In this document: piece after piece, positions 14,017-27,180 of the stretch
Layout of the letters: every line of letters begins with the position of its first letter
How positions within the stretch are numbered: position 1 is the stretch's first letter
Assembly (NCBI GenBank): GCA_002189035.1
Contig: NEEC01000021.1
Location: forward strand, 248,001-312,000
DNA: 64,000 nucleotides
Reading direction: 5' to 3'
From: Utricularia gibba
Taxonomy: Eukaryota; Plantae; Magnoliophyta
The notes under the pieces: generated by a model
What the model was told of the DNA's origin: nothing
What the model saw: only the letters and a program-made list of their open reading frames with translations
Databases searched by the model: none
Translations under genes and position numbers: made by a program

Positions 14017-15056
14017 TATTGTGTGTCGTTTCCTCAACAAATTTTAATTTAAAAAAACGTAAAACATAAATAAGTGTAGTATGAGTATCGATCTCAAAGA
14101 GTTGAGATTTTCGAAAAATGTTTTGCACTAAACTTTTACAAATTGTCACGGATTTGTTAAAGGAGGTTTTTGAAATACACAAATAAAAGATACTAAGTAA
14201 TGGGCATTGACTAAAGGTTGCAGTTCCTGAGAGATGGATTTTGTTTCCTTTTTTATCTATCATCGCGTCGACTTTCACTGATTCCTTCCAAATAATTGGT
14301 TATATAAGCAAGAAATAGCCTATTCTCTTTTATACTCTGATTGACAAGGAGGCATGACAATAGCCTCATGCTGATTCTTCCTTAGACGATTGTGAGGACA
14401 ATAGGATTGCTGTCGATTGCCTTCAAAATCGAATTCTGCGCGTGTACCCAACTGTTGCCAATGACCAATGGCAAGTACGAGGTCACTACTCATCTACTGT
14501 CGCAGTACCTCGCTCACAAACAATTCACTATCTCCCTCGAACCGATAGGGGTGGAGAGGAGGAACCAAAAGTTCTAAGTACCAAAACAAAGTGCGAAAAA
14601 AGGTTTTAAAAGAAGTGTTTCAAGTTGGTTTTAATTCACTTCCCACGTGCATTAACTTCTTCTGCTCCCTTTCCATCATTCTTTTTGTCTTGCGTGCACC
14701 ACCAGCTTTTCCAAATGTGCAAGTAAGCACTTAATCATTGCTGCAAGCTCTAATATGCCGTAAGTCAGAGATCCTGATTAGTGTTAGCTTTCCGCCCACA
14801 GGAAACCCTAGTCGTGCAGAAAGCACGAAAAGTCAGTGTCTAGTTTTCTACAAGTCTCTTATAACACTCCAAGCCTACCTCCTAACATTTTGGATGAAAG
14901 TTCACAAAAAAGGACAACAAAATATGTACAAAATATAAAAATAGGATTTTTGTAATAAAATCAAATACTTACCAATATAAACTCTAAATTTGATGACTTA
15001 ATACTTAATTAGCACATAATAATATATAATACATAAGTAGAAAATGAAAATTAAGA
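14017..15056 (-). mobile_element. Solo LTR, family C copy 1 (Ty3/gypsy, Athila/Tat-like), internally deleted
   Basis: Homologous to 51943-53247 and 62949-64000. Termini have decayed to TA...GA. 5-bp TSD GATAA at 14012-14016 and 15057-15061. Confidence 0.85.
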
Positions 15057-15059
15057 GAT

Positions 15060-16380
15060 AATCTTTAAGCCAAACTTCTATTGTTAAAACAACTTCTCAC
15101 TCATAATACAAGGTGAGTCCTCTTGAACAATGATCTATTGGAAATGCTTAAGCTTTTTTGAAAAAACAATAAATATTGATTAGGAGTATTTTGAGATTGA
15201 AGACTTTTTCTTTGAAGGCACAAATGATGAAGGGATGCAATACATCTGTATAGTATTTAGGATTTATGATTCTTGAGTGATAATAAATTTATAAGTGCAC
15301 ATAAACCATCAAAATAATAAATTAATATCATCTCCACATACAATTATTATTGAAATTTTCTTTAAACAATGACTCAAAAATGAACAAAAAAAATAAGAGA
15401 TTGATTTTAAAAATAATATAAAAAATTGCTTTAGATGAAAGATTCATCTTGTTAAAACTCGCTCATGTGTGTGTGTGTGTATCTGTATATATATGAACCT
15501 TGATAACTGACCTATTTGTATGAATTTGGATAATTTAAAGTTGGAAGTTGTTTCTTCTCTACTATGAGATAATTAACTGTATTTGTATAACTACTTCCAT
15601 CGATGATTAGATTATACACATTTCCATTCACAAAATATCTTGTTTGAGATAGGTTTTCTCTTTGTTCCTCCATTTATTTAGCTTCCATTCCTAAAGTCTA
15701 TGTAGTTAACAAATTTTTTTCTATAACGGGTTGTTGTTCATCTTCTGCTATCCCCTCTACTTCACTCACTTTCACTCTAAACGTTTGATTCAATAACTAC
15801 ATAATCTATTAGAATCATGATCCTCTTGTTGGAGAACTCTGAAGCAATGTGACAATGCTCAAAGTATTTGAAACACTTGATATGATAGACTTGAATCTGT
15901 TGTCTTGTTTCCTAGCATTAAGGCTGCTTTCTTTGGCCCAAGATTGTTAAATTTCTCAGCTATAATATACTTTTACTTCTTATCTTTATTCTAAGAAAAT
16001 TCCATTCACAAGAATGTTTGTAATATTCTCTAAAGTTTCCCTTATATTTCAGTTGCATTTAAACCTTGATTTCAACCATCTAGGATATTTTCTTGTTTAT
16101 ACTACAAAAGAATTTTTCCATAGCAAGTTTTATGTACTCTATAATGTTGGTTCAAATTATTAATAATTTCATTTCTTGTCAATACTCTTCTATGGTTTAG
16201 TTCTCTTGTGTTATCTTTTGCAAGTTCTAATACAAATCTTTTTTATGGTGACTTGAGATAAATTTCTTCCTCATGATCCTCATTATCTTTGCGTATGTTT
16301 GAATTAGTTCCTCATCATTACGTCTTCCATTGAGCACTATTTGATCCTAACAAATGATGGCATAATATATAAATTTAACA
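15060..16380 (-). mobile_element. Highly degraded Ty3/gypsy (CRM/Tekay-like) gag-pol remnant
   Basis: Minus-strand ~15820-15900 translates as IKCFKYFEHCHIASEFSNKRIMIL, resembling the gag zinc-knuckle IKCFKCxGxGHIAxECPNKRxM. The rest is riddled with stops. Boundaries are approximate. Confidence 0.4.
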
Positions 16381-16739
16381 ATAGCTAACTTAATCTTCTT
16401 GACTTTAAAATAATTATGGGAATAAAAAATGTGCTCCACATGGATCTCTCATTCCAAATACATATTTAGATGATTTTTACTTTGAAAGAAGATATTTTTA
16501 TCTTTTTTTATAAAAAAGATATTAATTTATAAATTATTTATATTATAATTATTTATTAATTAATTAAAAAATCAATTAAATAAAAATATTACGTAAACTT
16601 TGATGTGAATTTTTTAATTAGAAAAATAAAGTAACAGTTTTTTTTAAAAAAAAATATGTCCAACTGTATAGATTTTATTAAATCACATGACCTCTACCTT
16701 ATTAATTATTAAAAAAATATTGTTTGCATTTTCTTAATA

Positions 16740-17090
16740 GATGGGGCAATCACAACAAATGGGAATTTGCGGGGTGCTTGGATTTTTTTAAAGGGTAAGC
16801 ACTACAAACGCACATTTGCAATGTTTGTAATATTTTTAATTTAAAAAAATATATTTTGGGATCATAAGAATTGCATTAAACTGCATGATCCCATTCTCTC
16901 AAATAAATGGGCAAGCACTGCAGATATTTATTCCATGACTTGCGTCGCTTTCATTTTTTTTTTTTATAAATGAACAAGCACAGAAAACTTTTATTTGTAA
17001 TACTTGTAATATTTTCTTTTTTTTTAAAGTTGGGATTATGTGGATTACACTAAATAACGCAACCTCATTCTCTCAAATAAATCATATTCT
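16740..17090. repeat. Degenerate tandem duplication, ~174 bp period
   Basis: Exact 17-mer CATTCTCTCAAATAAAT at 16892 and 17066, with similar upstream blocks (aagcac..., tttgtaata..., tgggat...). Confidence 0.45.
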
Positions 17091-18273
17091 TGATAAAGCA
17101 CAAAATCTTAAAAGTATATGAGATAATTCAAGATTGGTCTCAAGTAATTAAAGAGAAAGACTTAATAGGATATTCAATATGCATTTAGTCTATTATATTT
17201 GTAAGGGCATTAGATGTACATATTATAATCAAATTGTTCTGATTGTATTTTTTCCATTAAATGAATAGCGATGCTATAATAATTAATGAATAACAATATT
17301 TTAGAATAACATTCACATAATTTATACAAGTGAATCAATATTTGAGGTTTACAAGCACAAGTTCATACATTGATAGAGAATTTATTTTTTATTTTTTTAA
17401 AATATATTTATTGTATTCTTTTTTAATATCCTTATTTTTAATCTCAAAATATCAATTCTTTATAAAAATGATCTTTTATTTATTATTTTATCTTTATATG
17501 CACTTACATAATTATCATTAATGATTTGTTGGATTGTATCAAATAATTTTATTAAAAGATTCTGAAAAATGAAACTAGTTAAAAAATTTTAAATTTCTAA
17601 TTTCTATTTTGTAATACTCATAATTAAAGATTAATAAACCCAATTAATCTAATTATAAAAAATGTAATTTAAATCTATAATTAAATCGAATAATAAATTA
17701 AAATTATTTTCAAATATTATTTACGAGTCATGCCAGGGTGTGTTGTACTTTGGAAAGCAAGCGACGTCGTTTAACCCAACGCCTCTCCGGAGCGGAGCGC
17801 TGGAGCCCCATATGAACGAAGCTTCACGGCGGTCGTGTAAGGGAGTAGCACCCGCAAAATTGCATAAATTCTGGGCTGCTGGATGAAATGCTGGTTCTTC
17901 TCCTTCAGAGGTTGAATCATTTTCTCATTTTGTTTTACTAAGAAAGCTTCCTTTTGTCCTCGGACTACTGCCTAGCACCGAGCAGCGATTTTTTGTGTGG
18001 GGGTTTCGTGTTGTGAAATTTCAATTGAATCTTGTTTTGCCACGGGCCTTCAGCTTTCGTTGTTTTTCAGACATAATGGATCACTATGTACACCCTCGTT
18101 GCAGATAAAGATGATCTCTTTTTTCTTTTCCCGCGAACCCATTGAAAGAATTTGCTTGATTTTGCCATTTGCTTTTGCCCCTAGTTAGAGAATTACATTG
18201 TAGCAAGTGAGATTGTATAATGAATATGTTGCTTTGCATAATCTGGTGCAGTAATGAAGCCAAAGTGACCTCG

Positions 18274-19698
18274 ATGTCAGCTGATCCTCATCTCGATGTC
18301 CAGTCTTGTGTTCTCGATGGTACACAAGGTGTTCAAGGAAATCCATCAGCGGAGTGCCCAAGTTTTTTAAAGCAGCTGCTTAAGTCTCATCTCTCTGGTA
18401 AATTCTATTTGGTGAGTTGGGGATTTGTCCTTTGTTAAGTGGGCTTTATTTTGCGCCTTGGTTATTCTGTTGAACCACGTTCGTCAATACAGGGCTTGCC
18501 GAAGAAATTCTGTGATTCACATCTTCCAGATCATGATGATACCGTTGTGTTGGTTGATGAAGATGGCCAAGAGTACCTTACAAGGTACTCCGTTCGCAAG
18601 AATCGACTCAGTGGTGGTTGGCGAGGTTTCTCAAATGCTCACAAATTGTTGGAAGGAGATACCTTAGTATTTCATCTGATTGAACATTGTCGGTTTAAGG
18701 TTGTTTTACACTACGTTGAATTGTTTTTTCCTCCATTTACTAATGGGTTACAATGACGACTCTTACCTATTTTCTCTTTTATCTTCAAAGGTATATATTG
18801 TGAGGGCAGGAAAATTAACAGAAAACGATGGTGATATGGTCTTTCAGACACCTGAGTCGAAGAATCCATTGCCAGTTGGTAAGGCTTAGACAATGCATTC
18901 ATGATTCTATATTCCATTTTTGTTTGTTCAAACAAGATTTTGTAATTATCTCCAGTGATATATGAGGAAAAGCTAGGAGAAGGTGGGCGTACTAATGGAA
19001 AAGCAAAGCGGGTTCATCCAAATTCTTTTGCAGTAGATAGCCTTGAGGAGACGAGAAGAACCCGGGTGATGCCTGATAGTAGCCTAGCAAGTATTCATTC
19101 TGGAAATCTAAATGATGAATCTAGCTCGAGTATGATTCAAAGCATGAATGGTACATCTCTGGATTCCAAATTCAAGGACATAAGGGATTTTGGGGCTTTT
19201 TTGATCAAGGTGGATGGCTTCATCCTCGATGCAGAGATACCAATAGATGTTCGAACAAGGTATTATCACCTTTGCTGCAGCCAGAAGATGTTTCTTCATG
19301 ACCATCTTATTAGGGGCCTGAGCCGCAACCTGGCTGTTACCATGATTATCGAAACTGTTGGTATAGCTGACGCAGTCAGGTCATCCAACCTCACCATATC
19401 TCTTCATCATTTGGAATGTTGGGAGAAGACCCTCAAGGCATTCATGGATCTCGGCATGGAGGTTGGTTTCCTGCGTGGTAGGCTACACAAACTAATCAGC
19501 CTTTCACATGAATATCTATCAAATATTGAAACAAGGAGAGCGAAGATAGTTCAAGCAGATGAGGAAATCAGCAGTCTTGAGACATCTTGTACCCTGAATG
19601 TTTTGGCGAAAAATCTAGAGTCAGAAGTCAAGTCTCTAATATTGAAAAACGACATGCTTAGCTTGGAGTACCAGCGACTAGCAGGGGCGCCTTGGTGA
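18274..19698 (+). CDS. B3 domain-containing protein (REM/VRN1-related, Os01g0234100-like). Exons 18274-18411, 18493-18699, 18791-18878, 18956-19698
   Basis: GT-AG introns join in frame. B3 motif PSFLKQLLKSHLSGKFYLGLP...LSGGWRGFSNAHKLLEGDTLVFHL...FKVYIVR, plus the family C-terminal block RYYHLCCSQKMFLHDHL...WEKTLKAF..LGMEVGFLRGRL. The start codon is less certain. Confidence 0.9.
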
Positions 19699-20949
19699 GA
19701 TCAATCAGAGAATACACAGTCTGTTTATGTGTTTTTCCATATAGAAACCTAGCTCTGCTCCTTTGGCTTTTGGCTCTGTTTTAATTTTCAGCTATATTAG
19801 CACAACTAATGAAGTAGGGTGTTCTTCATTTGCATTCATTACATCTACTCCTAGGTTTACTTTTCAATCTGGTGTCATTTTTATATGAAGAAATGGAATG
19901 AGCAATTTCATTTGACGACAACTACTGGGCGGTGCATCGAATTGTTCTAAATGAGCTGCCACTTATATATGCATTTACAGGCATAGTAATCATTATATGC
20001 ATAATGGGGAAGAAACTATACACTGAAGTTGGTTAAAGTACAATGGATGTAATGATGAAAGGTGGCAAAGAGCATCGGTTAGCCCGACATAGATTGATAC
20101 TAGAGGGAATAAGTGAGTAGTTATTGATACACTCATAAATGGAAGAAATGATCATTGAGGGATACTTTGATGGCAACATTTGGTAGCTTCTTTTGGAATT
20201 TGTCTTGTTCGTATTTCGAAGAGATTGAAGCACAACAAGAAGCATGTGGCATAAAGAACTTATCTTGTTCCTCATGTAGTACTGGCCAACACTCAGACCC
20301 TCTTCTGTTGGTTATCCACAAGCATTATCTTCTTAATCAGCTTCATTTCTTGGTTAATAAAGACTAAGGTCTTTAATCAGCAGGATCTGGCCAGCACAGC
20401 ACCTTCCGGCCCGATTAAGTAACAAATGTGGCCTAAACAGCACAATTACTAGACTGTCAGAGACCAATTGGATATTCTTATTGATTTGTTGGATTGTAAA
20501 ACAACAAAGAAGTAAAAGGTATTCAATGCAGGTTCTGACGATGTATGGTTTCCTTTAAATACTTGGATTTCATGCTAACAAATTGTCTCTCAATTTATTT
20601 GATGCACACTTCCTTACATATAATCATCAAATAAAAATCGACCTCATCAGTGGGAGACTGCATGATGTAGCCATCAATCAATTATCAGACTCACAGAGGC
20701 TTCCAAGAGGTAAACCTCTGTGATATCAGTGGAAGCAGGAACTTGTAGAGCTGGCCAACGAACCTCCGACCCTAGTCTCTTCAAGTGAGATCAGCATTGG
20801 GCACAGGTGGCTGCCACTTAACTTCTTTGGGAGGAGCCACTCCCTCAAGGAGGGATAGGCCCACATGCCCCGCAAGGCTATGGGCCTAGTCTCTATGGGT
20901 GGTATGAGACCGCTCTATGGGAGGGCATAGCTAGGGGTGCAAGCTGTGT

Positions 20950-22675
20950 GACGGAACAGGTTTGGGACTAGGAGCACCAAAACAAGGCGTCAGGGCATAC
21001 AGAGTTAGGCGATGGGTGCTTTTTGCAGCTACAACCATCTTTGCATGGGCTAGGCATAAGGCTGTCAAGAATTCCGAAGGTGCAAGGACCGACTCCCTTG
21101 CATGTTTCTAAAGGTTTTGATCCAGGCCACAATGTAGATGTGCATAGCATGAATACTTTGGGGTAAGTCTAAACATAAGACTTTTTATTGTATTATTTGC
21201 TAGTGGCCAAGTCCCTCATCCCATTCATGTGATGGTTTTGCCTAACTGGGTCTGCGAAAAAAAGAGATGTGCGTACAAGTTAATTCTAATTCCCTTTTCC
21301 ACATTGAAGCCACGGTTATTTTCAGGCTCAAAGAATTATTACATGATTGGAGATGCATTGGTTTTTATGGACATCCAGAAAGAAGCAAAAGAAGAAGATT
21401 AGGGGCATTCCCATCTTCTATTACGGAGAGGTCAGAGGTTCTGACATGGGTTGTAGAAGATTTTAATGAGGTGACTCTACAAGAAGAACAAGAAAGCAAA
21501 AATGCAAGACCACCCCTCGCAAATGAGGGAGTTCAATGAGATGATCCAACAAAATAATCTAATAGACATTGGATATATTGGTTTTCCTTTTACTTGGAAG
21601 AATCGATGCGATGCGACTAGATTATTTCCAGATGTGCAGATAGAACACTTAACTTTCAGAGGATTCGACCATAAGTCAATACTTGTGTACCTAAAGAGGA
21701 GGCCTCCACTAAGACAAAATCACACGTGTTTCAAATTTGAACAAATGTGGTTTCAAGATCCTCAATGTTGAGAAGTAATTGAGGAAAGTTGGCAATCACA
21801 TTAAACCAATGATAACATGGAGTCTCTCACCTAAAGACTCTATTTATACTCAATAAAATGGCCAGAGGCAAAGAGCTTTGCGAATGCTAGAAAGGAAAAG
21901 AAACTACTGAAATGGAAAATGAATAAATTGCGACAAGGACAACTGACTAGTCAAGAAAATATACAATTTGATGAGTACAAATATGGATTGGAGGAACTTA
22001 TAGGGAGAGAAAAAATGATGTGGTAGCAAAGGAGCAGGATAAACTAGCTACACTATGGAGATTGTAACTTGAGATTCTTCTATGCTCAGGAAAATAAGCG
22101 GTCAAGGCTTAGAATTGATAAACTTGAAGATGAAAATGGAGGATGGACAATGGATGAATCAGGGTAGTAGGTAAGTGAATTGAACACTTCTCATATATTC
22201 TATCTTCTACTAACCTTAATGTAGAGGGAATACGACAATTTTGTCAAGGACACTCCACAAATCAAATAGGAGATCAAATGAAGGTGTTGGAAAATTCATG
22301 GAAGGAGGAGGAATTTTCTAAAGCAATTAAATCTATGAGACCATTAACAGCCCTTGGACAAGATGGTTTTCCTCCATTATTTTATCATCATACATGAGAC
22401 ATAGCAAGAGCAACTACTATAGACACAATCAAGAAAATCATGAAGCGCAAAAAATAATCTGTAAAGTTCAATCACACTTATATGGTATTCATCCAAAAAA
22501 GTGGAACACCAGATCAAGCCAGAATATTTTTGCCCCATCAACCTACGTAATGTGGCATACAAGATTATTGAAACAAAACTTGATGCATAGGATAAAGTAG
22601 ATTCTTCCATGATTTCATGCCATCAAGCAGCATTTATTCCATGTAGATTAATCACAAATAACATTGAGGGTGTTT
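20950..22675 (+). mobile_element. Degraded, 3'-truncated L1-type LINE (ORF2 endonuclease + start of RT)
   Basis: Fragments WRCIGFYGHPE, (G)DFNEV, IDIGYIGFPFTWKN, FPDVQIEHL..DHKSIL, FKFEQMW, APGQDGFPPLF, PINLRNVAYKI, AFIP.RLITNNI, broken by stops and frameshifts. Confidence 0.85.
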
Positions 22676-23377
22676 TACATTAATTATACACAACTTAATG
22701 AAATCATTAGTAAATTTATCAAATGAGTGTTTTTTAACTTATAAGTAATAATTTATAAGTTACTTATAAGTTTTTTTTTTTAAAAAAAGGTAAATAATTA
22801 TTTAATTTTAACTAAAATGAATAAAATCTTATGAAATTCTTTAAATACCTCTATATTAAAATATAAAATGATAGAATTCTTGTTCCTTCGTGACATTTCT
22901 CCAACGACATTTTTGTCGAAGTTTGTAGTAAGTTTCTGATTTTCCTTTTCTTGAGAGGTCATGAAGCTGATGTTTGAATATACAAAATTTAGTATCATTG
23001 GTGATTTGATAATGATTTTAGGGTTTGAGTTTTGTATTAGAATACAATATCCTATTTATTTACATTGTGAGAGATGTTAAAATACAAAAAACATAATTAA
23101 TAATTTAAAAAAACTTGCTAAATAGACATTAATTTTATCATAAGTTTTGCTAATTAATAATAGAATTCGTAAGTTCTAGGGTCTTTTTTTTTTATTTTGC
23201 TATCTACAAGGTGCTAGAAATTTGATTTTTATATGTGCAATTTTGTTACATTATTTTTTGTTTGTGATATTGCATTTGAAATAGTATTAAATGTTTATAG
23301 TTGAATGATATAGTAACTATTTTATAAAACAATAACAAATGAATAAATAAAGACTATTTTTACCTACTTCCAATATT

Positions 23378-23673
23378 GCTTAAGATGAAAATACAACTCA
23401 TATATTCTTGGAAGCTTGTGCACATCCAATTTATGAAAATAATATACTTGGAACATTTTTCAATTCTCAAGGGTGGCATAGAGTTTGGAAGGAGTTCAAT
23501 GAAAGGACATGCAATTATCATGTGATGAAACATTTAAAGAATAAATTCAATATAATGAAAAAATATTGATCTATATAGCTCTATATAAAGTAGGAGAGTG
23601 GATTTCATTTATCTATGCCTCAAACATCAAATGTATTTACGATTGCGAAATGTTTACATATAGTGAGGGGAAT
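23378..23673 (+). pseudogene. Myb/SANT-like DNA-binding domain remnant (PIF/Harbinger ORF1-type), interrupted by the solo LTR at 23674; appears to resume at 24823-24890
   Basis: Translates *DENTTHIFLEAC...GTFFNSQGWHRVWKEFNERT..Y.VMKHLKNKFNIMKKY*SI*, matching the Myb/SANT-like pattern with stops at expected Trp positions. Confidence 0.6.
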
Positions 23674-24822
23674 TGACAAGTAATTTTGTATCGTTCCAAA
23701 ACATGTTCTTCCATTACTTTTGAGTGTTGTTTTTAATTATCTTAGACTCCACTTTCTCATTATTCTCAATTGATTTTGCATCTTTCACACTACTTTGATC
23801 TTTTTGGAGAGAAAGTGTATTTTTTGGATTTTTAGGATACTTTTGGATCAATTTGAGGAGAAATCAAGACCCACCAAATTATGGACTTGATGGGCCACGA
23901 ATCTCAGCCCAAGACTCGGCCAAATGATGAAGATTTGGTCCAAGATTTGTGGATAAGATAGCGATATGAAGATGATTTTCGAAGATTTGAATAAAATATT
24001 TGGATAGAAAATCTTATCCAAGCCCATCGAATAAGCTCAATATGAAGACTTGGATATACTCTCCTATAAATACTCCACCCTCTCAACTATTAGAGACGTC
24101 TTTGACCACTTTTCCTTTGTACTTTTCCTATTTTCGTGTCTATTTTCATGTTAGAGTCAAGTCTGCGCATGTAGGCGCTTGCGGCTGAAGATCTGCGGTG
24201 AAACCTTGCTTGTGCAAGTCTTGCGCGTGTAACTGTTTTACTATGTTTTTCGACATTTAAATTGAGGTTTGATTCTATTTTTCGCAACGTTTCCTTTACT
24301 AACGTGATCTTTAGTATCACATAACCCGAAGGGAGTATGAGATAATCAAAGGTTGACCTGAAACACCTAAGGAGAAGGGCTCAATCGAACATCGTTGATA
24401 ACGCACATTCTGTCTAATCTGTCTGCGAGGTGTGAGGTGTAAGGGTTAGATTTGGGTGTGGGGAAAACATGGGTTATCACAAGAGGTGAAATGGCTCTGG
24501 TGGCGTGGTTTATTCCATAATCCCATAAAACAAAGGACGGTGGTATAACGGTCACCGAGTAGCACTACTTTAGAATAACACCCCCAGAGTTTGCGCAAGC
24601 AAGTCAATCTTCAAAGTTTGCACACACGTAAGGACGAGTTTCAAGTAAGATGGATCCTGGATTCAATGCTAATTTTCATATTGTTTTTAAAACTAAATCT
24701 TTCTTTTGTTTTCAGTCTTTTTGAGTCTTTATTTGAAAAGAAAATTCGAATAACAATTCCCTGTGGATACGATCTTATTTTATTATTTCAACGGTGTTTG
24801 TGCACTTGCAGAATCACCATCA
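23674..24822 (+). mobile_element. Solo LTR, family A copy 1 (Athila-type Ty3/gypsy), 1149 bp
   Basis: TGACAAG...CACCATCA. TSD GGAAT at 23669-23673 and 24823-24827. TATA CTATAAATA at ~24064. Homologous to 29020-30170, 43689-44775 and 45789-46976. Confidence 0.92.
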
Positions 24823-26829
24823 GGAATTCCAAAAGTATGGGAGGATCCAAGTGTGTTTGGAACTGATGTATTGGCAAGAATGTTTATCATGAAGCTTTTA
24901 TGATTATGACAAGTAATGAAGAGATATTGACATTTAACAAAATATATAAGAGTATTAATTTAAAATAGTTTTCTTTAGTAGGTTGATTTTAACTATCAAT
25001 AGAGTGGAATAGTTTTTTGGGTAAACAATTTTTTTATTGAGAAAGCAACATCCACATCAGTATTATTATAGTACTTCATAAAAGTTTTTTTTATAAGTGC
25101 TAGGCAAGCATTGAAAGCATGTTGTTATGATGGTTCATAAAAGCAATTTTTTAATAGTATTATATATCATAAATAGTGATGAATAACGATAATATTATCA
25201 ATTTATGTCATAAACAAAAATGTCGATTTTAAAAACTTGGTAACCAAACACAAATAATATAATTGAATACCTACTAACTAAACATATTTCTCTTCAAACT
25301 CAAGTAATTTACAACTTAATAATTCAAACTTGGGTTTATCTTTTCCATACAATCACAAGAAATCTAAATATGCACAACTAAGGCAAAGAGCTTGAGAATG
25401 ACATATCGAGGTTGTTTAACCCAAAAAACCAAGCCTTATTTACTTGAAACTTCTAAAGTTAGAAGCCAAGATCATAAATAAACCTACAATTCATAATCAA
25501 AACCGTACGATGAAGTAAAATGAGCAACTTTTACTTTGTTGGATAAACCTAAAATTTCTCTTATAAAGTTTTTACTTTGTTGGATATACGAATAATAGTT
25601 GTAATTTTTTTTCTTATGTATACGTTAGTTGAATGTAGAAATTACTAAAGTAGTCTTTAATTGATAAGATTATGTAGGTTTAAAAATAAAATTATAAATT
25701 ATAAAGTATTTATTTTGTAAATTTACATAAATTTAAGATTATGTGTATTTTTTTAATCCTTTGTATGTAAGTTGATTTTAAATAATATCTCCCTTAACTT
25801 GCTTAATACCACTTAATCTCAATTTTAATACTATTAGTAAAACACTATTCAAAAAATTAATCCTTTTATATAACTTTTATTTAAACTAAAGTAAACTAAA
25901 TCTTTTTTATCTCATTTCCTATTCTTTGTGGTCATTATTAACTATTATCATTAGGTTCCATTACCTTAATTATCGTTAGTTATTTTGCTAAATCTTCTAT
26001 CATTCAACATTAGTGTTCAATTGGGCAAATCAATATTTTGTTTTTGATTCTATAAATTCAATTTGTGATTTTCACTGTCGTATTGGTTTTGACATTCTTT
26101 TGAGTATTCTATTTAATTATGTTGTTGATATTCTTGTGATTTCCCCTAATATACATCATAGAAGAATTAATCTCGAGTACAATGTACTTATATACTATCT
26201 TCACATTGATAATTGAAGTAGACTAATGTCTAGCCAAAAAAGGTAATATCATTTACTTGATCACTTCATATGTTCTTCACTAAATTTTCTACTTTTCTTG
26301 ATACCATTTTAGATGATGAGATAGAGGATAGCCTATGCCATATAATAGCACATGTGTATTCTATGAATAGTAACATGAGGATTAGGTGGTACAACTGAGA
26401 TTAAATCTGCATTAATAGAAATGTACACACCACCACCCCACCTACACTTCTCAAGAAGACACTTGTATCCTAATCTCAATCTTTTCAATTTTAAGACTTT
26501 TATAATTTTAAAACTGAATTTCACTATAACTTAGTTGATGTCTAAAAAGACCTTAACTACATAGTGTCTTATATTTAATTATAAGGCATATGCTATGAAG
26601 TAGCTTCTCTATTTTTGACATCTTTATTATTATATTTAATTATAATATCAAGAGAACAAATTAGGAATCCAAAGCTTGATCTACACTTTAAATTATTGCA
26701 ACTAATTCCTAATCTTATATAATACTAGAAAGTGATAGACTTGACTTGATTTTTTAATTTTATGAATTTGGTTATATCTTATTTTATTGTTCTTTCTCTA
26801 TAAATGGAGATTTCTTCTTTCATAACAAA

Positions 26830-27180
26830 CTATTTTAATTTTGAACTATCCGTCCCAAAATTCAATCAAATATTCTCAAATAAGATATTCATATCTTAGA
26901 AGACTTGCATTTTATCTTGAAAGATTTAATATCAACAAATCTATACCTCTATTTAAAGGTTTAAGCATTAAATTGTTGAAGACATCGAAGTATTTTAGTT
27001 ATTATAAGAATTTAGAATCGAATATAACATCTTTTGAATTCATTTCCTTACACTTTTCATCAGTTTTTGTATGTTATAGTCGAGTATGTGCATATAGGTA
27101 CTTGTAGTTAAGGTATGCGATAAAACCTCGCTTATGCAAATCCCTGCATATGTGACTGTTTTACTATTTTTTTCGACATA
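26830..27180 (+). mobile_element. Old, CpG-depleted fragment of a family A LTR
   Basis: 27070-27180 aligns to 24148-24258 (e.g. gtgcatataggtacttgtagttaagg vs gcgcatgtaggcgcttgcggctgaag). 27000-27070 resembles 44140-44215. Boundaries are approximate. Confidence 0.6.

Noticed and set aside
24090-24555. Conserved antisense ORFs recurring in family A LTRs (also 29436-29901, 44036-44631, 46289-46483)
   Set aside because: They start at TTG/GTG rather than ATG, are short, recur simply because the LTRs are similar, and one of them is stopped in copy 4.
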